A stretch of 27,016 bases of DNA. Source: a virus (Duplodnaviria > Caudoviricetes). Below are positions 7,099 to 14,254 of the stretch, piece by piece (the first letter of the stretch is position 1; the number at the start of each line of letters is the position of its first letter). The stretch lies in IMG/VR virus record IMGVR_UViG_3300020362_000263, positions 1-27,016 of that record; one strand, 5' to 3'. The position numbers and the translations under genes are program-made. Below the pieces are notes generated by a model, which did not search any database, was not told the DNA's origin, and saw nothing but the letters and a program-made list of their open reading frames with translations.

Positions 7099-8858
7099 GG
7101 TTACTGTTTGACATCGAAACAGATGGCCTCTTGCGTCAAATGTCTGTGATCCACTGTCTTGTGGTGATGGACATTGATACAGAAGAGGTCTACAGGTATG
7201 ACGACTCAGGTCAGTACCCGTCGATCACCGAGGGGCTCACCTTCCTGATGGAAGCTAACGAGCTGTGGGGTCACAACTTGTGGGGCTTTGACATCCCCGC
7301 AATTCAGTCGATCACACCGTTTTTTCACCCCCGGTGCAAGGTTTATGACACCTTGATCTTGTCGCGCCTGTTCTTCAATGACATGCTCGATCGGGACCTG
7401 CGGGCTCGTCCGGCAAACATGCCCGGAAACCTGTACGGGAGACACAGTCTTGAGAGCTGGGGCTATCGACTCGGAGTATTTAAGTCTGAGTTTGGTAAGC
7501 AGCTAGACGGTGATTGGTCTACCTACACCCCGGAGATGTTGGAGTATTGCGTTGCTGACGTAAGAGCCAACCTCCCCCTGGTCAAGCTGTTCGAGCCACG
7601 AATTGAGAAGTACCAACAGTCGATTGATCTGGAGCACGCCTGCGCCAAGATCATGACCTGGCAGGAGATGGAAGGGTTTCCCTTTCACATCAAAAAAGCA
7701 CAACAACTGGAGAGCAAGCTCCGTGTGGAGCTGGAGACGCTGTCCGACGAGATGCGCTCAACCTTTGCTTTCGTCAAAGGAAACGAGTTCACACCTGCCA
7801 GAGATAACAAGACACGGGGCTATGTAGCGGGAGCTTCGATGACGCGGATCAAGGACTTCAGTCCGACCAGCCGTGATCACATTGCTTTCGCCTTCAAAGA
7901 GTTTCGTGGCTGGGAGCCTACCGAGTTCACCGACTCGGGCCGCCCCAAGATCGACGAAAAGGTGCTGAAAGAGATTGGCACAGATGAGGCACTTAAGTTC
8001 GCACGTCTACTGGAACTGCAGAAGGCCCTAGGCCAGCTCAGTGAAGGCAGGAATGCGTGGCTGAAGCTTGTCGAGTCTGATAACCGCATCCATCATTCTT
8101 GCTTTTTAAATACAGTCACGGGGCGTAATTGTCATGTTCGACCGAATCTTGCTCAGGTTAATTCTGAGCATGAATACCGTGAACTTTTCCATCCCGGTGA
8201 AGGAAGAGTACAGCTCGGTAGTGATGCCGCAGGGTTGGAATTACGCTGCCTTGCCCACTACATCGCAGGCTTCGGGAATACGGATTTTGGCAAAGAAGTC
8301 GTCGAAGGTGACATTCACCAAAAGATGGCGGATATATCCCAAGTCCCAAGAAAGATCCAAAAAAGTATTACTTATGCGATGATGTATGGGAGCGGCTCAA
8401 CCAAGTTAGGCTTAGTTGCAGGCGCTAGTAAGAAAGATGCTGCCAAACGTGGGGCAGAGTTAAAAGAAAAACTGCTGACAGGTATTGATGGCTTTAAGGA
8501 GCTAGTCACTGCTGTTCAGTCAAAAGCTGAGTCTGGTTATTTGCGGGGGATTGATGGTCGTCCCCTCAAGGTTAGGAAGGCTCACGCAGCACTCAATACG
8601 CTGCTCCAGGGATGTGGATCGTCGATCACAAAAGCTTGGGTTGTCCGTGCCAACGAACTACTCAAGGAAGCAAAGATTGACTATTGGCCTATGGCCTTTG
8701 TCCACGATGAGATGCAACTAAGCGTCCACCCTGACCACGTTGAGATGGCGTCAGATCTAATAAAGATGGCAATGAAAGATGTTGAGCATACCTTTCTATT
8801 TAGGGTTCCTCTCGACTGCGACGTGCAAACAGGAACCAACTGGGCCGACACCCACTAA
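7095..8858 (+). CDS. Family A DNA polymerase with 3'-5' exonuclease (gp5-like)
   Basis: Exonuclease motifs FDIETDG, GHN..GFD and YCVAD. Polymerase motif A SDAAGLELR, motif B KSITYAMMYG and motif C FVHDEMQ. Confidence 0.97.
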   Translation: MRLLFDIETDGLLRQMSVIHCLVVMDIDTEEVYRYDDSGQYPSITEGLTFLMEANELWGHNLWGFDIPAIQSITPFFHPRCKVYDTLILSRLFFNDMLDRDLRARPANMPGNLYGRHSLESWGYRLGVFKSEFGKQLDGDWSTYTPEMLEYCVADVRANLPLVKLFEPRIEKYQQSIDLEHACAKIMTWQEMEGFPFHIKKAQQLESKLRVELETLSDEMRSTFAFVKGNEFTPARDNKTRGYVAGASMTRIKDFSPTSRDHIAFAFKEFRGWEPTEFTDSGRPKIDEKVLKEIGTDEALKFARLLELQKALGQLSEGRNAWLKLVESDNRIHHSCFLNTVTGRNCHVRPNLAQVNSEHEYRELFHPGEGRVQLGSDAAGLELRCLAHYIAGFGNTDFGKEVVEGDIHQKMADISQVPRKIQKSITYAMMYGSGSTKLGLVAGASKKDAAKRGAELKEKLLTGIDGFKELVTAVQSKAESGYLRGIDGRPLKVRKAHAALNTLLQGCGSSITKAWVVRANELLKEAKIDYWPMAFVHDEMQLSVHPDHVEMASDLIKMAMKDVEHTFLFRVPLDCDVQTGTNWADTH

Positions 8859-9204
8859 ACAGTGTCGAAAGTGTGGCTACACATTGCCACTCGATGAGTT
8901 CCCACTTTTCTCCCAGAAAGGCACCACAGGCAGACGTAACACCTGTCGGATGTGCGGCAATGAAATGCAGAACATTCGGCGGAAACTCAAGCGAGACAAT
9001 CCAGCACCACCACCTGGACCTTGCCCCGTCTGCGGTAAACACACCACCCACTGGGTCTTAGACCACTGTCACTTCACCAAACAGTTCCGGGGTTACATCT
9101 GCAATGACTGCAACCTCGCACTGGGAAAGTTTGATGACAACCCTCACACGGTCTATAGCGCCTGGCGGTATCTAACCCGCAACTCCAATGATTCTTTTAG
9201 TTGA
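8779..9204 (+). CDS. Endonuclease VII-type (His-Me finger) nuclease, possibly a free-standing homing endonuclease
   Basis: CPVC...VLDHCH...RGYICNDCNLALGKFDDNP is the Endo VII signature. There is an extra N-terminal CRKC...CRMC zinc motif. The start position is uncertain. Confidence 0.85.
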   Translation: MLSIPFYLGFLSTATCKQEPTGPTPTKQCRKCGYTLPLDEFPLFSQKGTTGRRNTCRMCGNEMQNIRRKLKRDNPAPPPGPCPVCGKHTTHWVLDHCHFTKQFRGYICNDCNLALGKFDDNPHTVYSAWRYLTRNSNDSFS

Positions 9205-9910
9205 CGGTGATCCCATCGTCTACAAAGCAGCCGCTGCTGCAGAGGAGGAGCTGGACTTTGATCCAGAACTCACAATCATCACAGGCAACTTCACCGCTGG
9301 TAAACGTGTTGTTACTCAAGCCATTAACGGTCTTCTTACTAGGTTCGACGCGACTAAGCTCACCCTTTTCTTCACTAGCACGACTAATTTCCGTAAAGAG
9401 GTCTGCGAGACGTATAAGGGCAATCGCACGAAGAGAAAACCTTGCGGCTATAAAAAACTCAAGCGATGGGCAATGGAAACGTGGAGGTCAGAGCAGGTCG
9501 ATGGCCTTGAGGCAGACGATCTTCTCGGCATTGCGGCAACCTCTGGTAAATACAAAAGGTTTGTTCTTTGTTCCCCTGATAAGGACCTGGAGCAATTTGC
9601 CTGCCGTATTTGGAATGGCAAAGAAGAGTTCACGCAGACCCCAGAGGCCGCTGAACTAAAGCGTTGGATGCAAAGCCTGACCGGTGACGCAACCGATGGA
9701 TACAAAGGCGTTCCGCAATGCGGCCCTAAAAAGGCTGAGGCAATCCTCAAAAAAGTAAAGGACGGTAAGTATTACGAAGCTGTTCTTAAGACTTATTTAG
9801 AGGCTGGTCTTACTGAAGAGGATGCCCTCACCAACATCCGACTCGCCACGATCCTGTCTAGTGATAGCTGGGATGCTGAAAAGCAAAAACCAATCCTATT
9901 TACACCATGA
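9188..9910 (+). CDS. 5'-3' exonuclease (gp6-like)
   Basis: LVDGD, NFRK...YKGNR, LEADD, SPDKDL and GDATDGYKGVPQCGPKKA (H3TH motif). Confidence 0.95.
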   Translation: MILLVDGDPIVYKAAAAAEEELDFDPELTIITGNFTAGKRVVTQAINGLLTRFDATKLTLFFTSTTNFRKEVCETYKGNRTKRKPCGYKKLKRWAMETWRSEQVDGLEADDLLGIAATSGKYKRFVLCSPDKDLEQFACRIWNGKEEFTQTPEAAELKRWMQSLTGDATDGYKGVPQCGPKKAEAILKKVKDGKYYEAVLKTYLEAGLTEEDALTNIRLATILSSDSWDAEKQKPILFTP

Positions 9911-10209
9911 GCAAGCAAAACCCTGATCACTATAAGACCGCCCTGATCGAGGTTTGGGACTACATTCACGCGAATGAGCTTTGCTATTTCAAAGGCAACA
10001 TTCTTAAGTACGTTATTCGAGCTGGTCGAAAGTCTGGTGAGACTGAGCTTGACGACCTCTTGAAGGCTAAAACTTATCTCGAAAAACTAATCGCTCTTAA
10101 ATCCAATGACACACCTGCAAAACGCGATCGAGTTCAGGAACTGTATGACGCAGCCTGTAGGGATGCCCTCAGTTGCGATCCTAGCTTTGCAAACCCGTTT
10201 GATCGCTGA
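9907..10209 (+). CDS. DUF3310 / T7 gp1.7-like putative nucleotide kinase
   Basis: NPDHY...EVWDYI...YFKGNILKYVIRAGRK...DDLLKAKTYL matches the DUF3310 pattern. Confidence 0.8.
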   Translation: MSKQNPDHYKTALIEVWDYIHANELCYFKGNILKYVIRAGRKSGETELDDLLKAKTYLEKLIALKSNDTPAKRDRVQELYDAACRDALSCDPSFANPFDR

Positions 10210-10483
10210 GGAGACAGAAGAGCTATGCGAATCGACACGGATTCTGGCTTTCGATCTGACGAACAAAAGAGCCAGGGAGGATGCACTAAAGGAGCTGGCA
10301 GATGTGGCGTATGTGGCCTATCAGCTTGCAGCAGCTTGCGGGTGGGACCTCGACGAGGCTCTGAACAGAGTCCACGCCAGCAATATGAGCAAGCTTGAAA
10401 ACGGTGCCCCTGTCAAAGACGAACAGGGCAAAGTCCTAAAGGGCAAAAACTACCAACCCCCATCCCTCATTGACTTGGTATGA
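10106..10483 (+). CDS. MazG-like all-alpha NTP pyrophosphohydrolase (PRA-PH/DR2231-like, possible dUTPase)
   Basis: LIAEETEEL...LKELADVAYV acidic metal-binding motif and C-terminal VHASNMSKL...GKVLKGKNYQPP. Confidence 0.85.
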   Translation: MTHLQNAIEFRNCMTQPVGMPSVAILALQTRLIAEETEELCESTRILAFDLTNKRAREDALKELADVAYVAYQLAAACGWDLDEALNRVHASNMSKLENGAPVKDEQGKVLKGKNYQPPSLIDLV

Positions 10484-11109
10484 GCCAGGTATCACTTGTC
10501 CACCGCACCGAGGGGGCTGAGGATCTCATTGTCTATATGGCAAGGGTTTCCAACCCCACATCTCAAAAAGAAAATAAAAACGGAGAAAGGCTTCTCAAGT
10601 ATTTAATCAAGCACAAACATTGGTCGCCATTTGAGATGGCTTCTATGTGTGTTGAGATTGAAACTACACGAAGTATTAGTGCCCAACTGCTTCGCCATAG
10701 GTCCTTCTCATATCAGGAATACAGTCAACGATATGCTGCTGTGTCTGACAGTCCTGTCATCCCCCACCTCCGAAGACAAGACGTTAAAAATAGGCAGAAC
10801 AGTATTGATGACTTAGATCCATTCACCAAGCAAAACCTAGAGATCAAGGCTCAGCTTCTTTTCGATCAAGCTCAAATGCTCTATGACGAAATGCTGGGCG
10901 AAGGTGTTGCCAAGGAATGTGCCCGTGAGGTTCTCCCTCTAGCCTCGCGGACCCGTCTCTATATGCACGGCACTCTGCGGTCCTGGATCCACTACATCGA
11001 CGTTCGAGCCTCTGTTGAGACACAGCTAGAGCATCGACAGATTGCAGAAGAAATTAAACGAATAATGTATGAACAATTCCCAACAATCTCCGCCGCCGCC
11101 TTTGATTGA
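10480..11109 (+). CDS. thyX: Flavin-dependent thymidylate synthase
   Basis: HWSPFE, the ThyX motif RHRSFSYQEYSQRY, KECAREVLP and LRSWIHY...R...TQLEHR. Confidence 0.96.
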   Translation: MSQVSLVHRTEGAEDLIVYMARVSNPTSQKENKNGERLLKYLIKHKHWSPFEMASMCVEIETTRSISAQLLRHRSFSYQEYSQRYAAVSDSPVIPHLRRQDVKNRQNSIDDLDPFTKQNLEIKAQLLFDQAQMLYDEMLGEGVAKECAREVLPLASRTRLYMHGTLRSWIHYIDVRASVETQLEHRQIAEEIKRIMYEQFPTISAAAFD

Positions 11110-11242
11110 GACGACGGACGATGACTGTGTAGAGATCACAGTCGGACACTTGAAAGGATGGGTTTCGTCCTTCCACTTAATCGATCAGAAATTAGCCCAA
11201 TTAAACGCTGTTTGGTTTCATGAGCAAGAGCAACTTTCCTGA
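11069..11242 (+). CDS. Hypothetical protein (57 aa), not in ORF track
   Basis: Hand translation: MNNSQQSPPPPLIETTDDDCVEITVGHLKGWVSSFHLIDQKLAQLNAVWFHEQEQLS*. It bridges thyX and the RNR gene and overlaps both. Confidence 0.6.
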   Translation: MNNSQQSPPPPLIETTDDDCVEITVGHLKGWVSSFHLIDQKLAQLNAVWFHEQEQLS

Positions 11243-13493
11243 AAAAGCTCCTTCCGCTAACCCTGTCTTTTACCGTACCTACAGCCGTCGCGTTGACGGT
11301 GGGAAAGAGCATTGGGATGATGTTGTTGAACGTTGTGTAAACGGCCTGAGCAAGGTCGGTAAGTTCACAACTGAGGAGGAGATGCTGGTCCGAGACCAGA
11401 TGCAGAACCTTCATGCCCTGCCCTCCGGCCGTTGGCTGTGGGTCGGTGGTACTGATTGGATTGAGCAACAGAAGAACTTTTCTGGTGCTTACAACTGCAC
11501 CTCAACCGATACCTATGACATCCACGCATTCCCTCTTCAGATGGAACTGCTGATGATGGGTTCTGGTACGGGTGCCATCCTGGAGCCGCGCTGTATTGAC
11601 CAGCTTCCAGAAATTAGTCATACCTACTATCTCGACGTTCTTGAGAACATCGGAGAAGCCCCTGAGCCCCGTGAAGAGCGCACTCGGCTGCACATTACTG
11701 AGAAGGATCGCGCAACTATTTATGTTGGCGACAGCCGGGAAGGTTGGGTCAACGCTTTCTTGTTCCTTCTGAAACTCGCAACTGAGTCGGATTGGGGCGT
11801 TGGTCATGTCACTGTCGATTTGAGCAACGTCCGTCCACCCGACACCCCTATCAAAGGTTTCGGTGGTGTAGCAAACCCCGTCAAACTCGCCCACTTCTAT
11901 CGTCGCGCTGGAGAAGTTCTCCGTAAGGCATACGGGCGTAAACTTACCTCTGTTGAATGCTGTCTACTGCTAGATGAATCTTCTCTTGCAGTTGTAGCTG
12001 GCAACGTTCGTCGAAGCGCCGGAATGCGGCAGTTCGATAGCGAAGACCAGCTCGCAGCGGTAGCAAAGGACAACCTCTGGCAACAGGGCGAAGACGGGAA
12101 GTGGCGAATTGACCCCGAGCGTGATGCGTTGCGGATGGCCAACCACACCCGTGTTTATCACCACAAGCCGACCTTTGATGAGATCAAGGATGCGGTAACT
12201 AAGCAGTTCTATAGCGGCGAAGGTGCGATCCAATACGCCCCCGAAGCAATCGCTCGCTCTAACCGTGACCTGCTGGACACCGACGAAAAACGTGACGAGT
12301 TTCTGTCTCGCTATGAGCAGTCCCCCGACGAGGGACGTGCCTACCTGGACCGCCTGGAGCGGGGACAGGACAAGCGGGAACTTGACCACCGGATGGGTCG
12401 CTATGGCCTCAACCCCTGTGGCGAGATCCTTGGCAAGGACTTCCACTGCAACCTGTCTGAGGTCCACCTGAACACCATCGACCCCACTGACGACAAAGCC
12501 CAAGACGACGCTTTCCGAGCCGCTGGTCTTGCTGCTGCAGCTCTTCTCCATCACGAGTTTGCTGTTGAGCGTTATCGCTACAGCCGTTCTGTGGACCCGA
12601 TCGTTGGCGTCAGCTTCACCGGTCTGTTCGACTTCTTTGTTCTCCGCTTTGGCTACGAATGGCTGGAGTGGTGGAAAGCAGGACGCCCAGACACCGTCGT
12701 CGGCCACATCTTTGCCCGTGCTGAGGCTGAATACCTGAGCCGTTGGCGTGGTGTTGTCGAAGACACCGTGGCGGAATACTGCAAGAAACACGGTCTCCGT
12801 TGTCCCAACCGGACAACAACTGTCCAACCCGCTGGTACTAAGAGTCTCCTTACTGGAGCTGCCCCTGGTTGGCATCCCCCGAAGGCTGCCCGATTCATTC
12901 GTCGCATCACCTTCGCTAAGAACGATCCTGTGGCACTGGCCTGTGAGGCTTATGGCTACAAGATCATTCCCTCCCAATCTGATCGGGACGAAACCGGCGC
13001 TTTGCTGGACGACCCCCGTGATCCCCGTTGTACTGAGTGGCTCGTCGAGATTCCTAGTGAAACTCCGTGGGCTGACCTGCCTGGCTGCGATTCAATCGAC
13101 ATCAATGCCTTCAGTATCGAAGCTCAGTACAAGTTCTATATGCAGGTTCAAACCTTCTATACCACTCACAACACCTCAGCAACCCTGGAGTTCCGTGAGA
13201 ACGAGATTGAAGACCTGTCCAAGCTGATCCATGAGTCGATCGAAAAGGACCAGGGCTATATCTCTGCAGCTCTGCTGGCACGATTTGATGCAAACGAAAC
13301 GTTCCCGCGTCTGCCGTTTGAACCTATTACTAAAAAGGAATACCTGGACCTCCAAGCTGGGGTCTTGTCCCGTCGCATCACCGATGACTTCGGACTTGCT
13401 ATGGAATCATTTGCTCCTGGCAAGGATGAAGCCCAAGGACCGGCGGCTTGTGATTCCGACAAATGTCTATTCGCTGAAAAATCACCTAAGTGA
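11220..13493 (+). CDS. nrdJ: Class II (adenosylcobalamin-dependent, monomeric RTPR-type) ribonucleotide reductase
   Basis: RTYSR, PSGRWLW, YNC, VVAGNVRRSA, catalytic NPCGEI, TTVQPAGTKS and C-terminal redox pair ACDSDKC. No beta subunit gene is adjacent. Confidence 0.93.
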   Translation: MSKSNFPEKAPSANPVFYRTYSRRVDGGKEHWDDVVERCVNGLSKVGKFTTEEEMLVRDQMQNLHALPSGRWLWVGGTDWIEQQKNFSGAYNCTSTDTYDIHAFPLQMELLMMGSGTGAILEPRCIDQLPEISHTYYLDVLENIGEAPEPREERTRLHITEKDRATIYVGDSREGWVNAFLFLLKLATESDWGVGHVTVDLSNVRPPDTPIKGFGGVANPVKLAHFYRRAGEVLRKAYGRKLTSVECCLLLDESSLAVVAGNVRRSAGMRQFDSEDQLAAVAKDNLWQQGEDGKWRIDPERDALRMANHTRVYHHKPTFDEIKDAVTKQFYSGEGAIQYAPEAIARSNRDLLDTDEKRDEFLSRYEQSPDEGRAYLDRLERGQDKRELDHRMGRYGLNPCGEILGKDFHCNLSEVHLNTIDPTDDKAQDDAFRAAGLAAAALLHHEFAVERYRYSRSVDPIVGVSFTGLFDFFVLRFGYEWLEWWKAGRPDTVVGHIFARAEAEYLSRWRGVVEDTVAEYCKKHGLRCPNRTTTVQPAGTKSLLTGAAPGWHPPKAARFIRRITFAKNDPVALACEAYGYKIIPSQSDRDETGALLDDPRDPRCTEWLVEIPSETPWADLPGCDSIDINAFSIEAQYKFYMQVQTFYTTHNTSATLEFRENEIEDLSKLIHESIEKDQGYISAALLARFDANETFPRLPFEPITKKEYLDLQAGVLSRRITDDFGLAMESFAPGKDEAQGPAACDSDKCLFAEKSPK

Positions 13494-13675
13494 TCAATTC
13501 TAAAGAACTCGGCCTGGAGACCCTTTCAACGGGGTCTCTCCGTGGCCTTGTAGCCGAACTCGATGCACTATTCCCAGATGTCTACCCAGATTATCTAATT
13601 GAACCCCGTGAGCTTGCTTACAAAGCGGGTCAACTTTCTATTGTTCGGTTACTCAAAGCAAAACTCGATCAATGA
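13490..13675 (+). CDS. Conserved-type hypothetical phage protein (61 aa, GTG start)
   Basis: GTGA overlap with the RNR stop. ELDALFP...AYKAGQLSIV resembles small genes that precede the portal in T7-like phages. Confidence 0.75.
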   Translation: MINSKELGLETLSTGSLRGLVAELDALFPDVYPDYLIEPRELAYKAGQLSIVRLLKAKLDQ

Positions 13676-13681
13676 TTTATC

Positions 13682-14254
13682 ATGTGTGGCGGCGGCAGAA
13701 AGAAAGCTGAAAGAAAAGCTGCGAAACGCGCTAGGGAGCAACGTAAAGCCCAAGAAAGGTTTGCTCGTCAGCAACAACAACAATTCCAGCAACAAATGGC
13801 TGCTCAGGCAGCAGCTCAGCAAGCGGCTATTCAACAACAACAGCAGCAGTTCGCTATTGCTCAGCAACAGGCTCAACAACGTGCTGCTCAGCAGGCTGCA
13901 CAAATGCAGCAACAAATGCAGCAACAACAGCAAATGATGCAGCAGCAAGCTGCTCAGCAACAGGCACAAATGGCTGCTCAGCTTAAAGCTCAGAAGGAGG
14001 CTCAAGAGCGTGCCCGTAAGGAAGCTGAAAAGGCTGCTAATCGTGGCCGTTCTATTGATGCTGCTACTGAGTCAGGAGTCGTTCGGGCGAGCAAGCAAAA
14101 GAAGAAAGCCAAGAAAGCTAAACGCACCGGCACCAGCAGTCTCACTAATCAACTGACTTCTGCAGGTAAAGCTGCACTGAGTATCGGTGGTGGCACTGGT
14201 ATGGGTGGCTCCGGTTTGACCATTGCACAAGTCCGTAAACCGGCTAAACCGTAA
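13682..14254 (+). CDS. Gln/Ala-rich putative small virion protein (gp6.7/gp7.3 position)
   Basis: MCGGG start, basic ends, a central Q/A-rich helix and a Gly-rich C-terminal part. It directly precedes the portal with a TAATG overlap. Confidence 0.75.
   Translation: MCGGGRKKAERKAAKRAREQRKAQERFARQQQQQFQQQMAAQAAAQQAAIQQQQQQFAIAQQQAQQRAAQQAAQMQQQMQQQQQMMQQQAAQQQAQMAAQLKAQKEAQERARKEAEKAANRGRSIDAATESGVVRASKQKKKAKKAKRTGTSSLTNQLTSAGKAALSIGGGTGMGGSGLTIAQVRKPAKP
13768..13982 (+). repeat. Low-complexity CAG/CAA/GCT-rich coding repeat (poly-Q/A)
   Basis: Imperfect repeats such as cagcaacaacaacaa, gctcagcaa and caaatgcagcaa, encoding QQQQQFQQQMAAQAAAQQ... Confidence 0.8.

Noticed and set aside
11970-12977. 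335-aa antisense ORF inside the RNR gene
   Set aside because: It lies wholly opposite a well-supported gene and has no recognisable motifs. Long antisense frames are a common by-product of sense-strand codon bias.
13768-13982. Repeat region as a CRISPR array
   Set aside because: There is no constant repeat with unique spacers. It is an in-frame low-complexity coding tract, and no cas genes are present.
13599-14005. Asn/Ser-rich (+) and Leu-rich (-) ORFs over the poly-Q region
   Set aside because: They are alternative-frame shadows of the CAG/CAA repeat.
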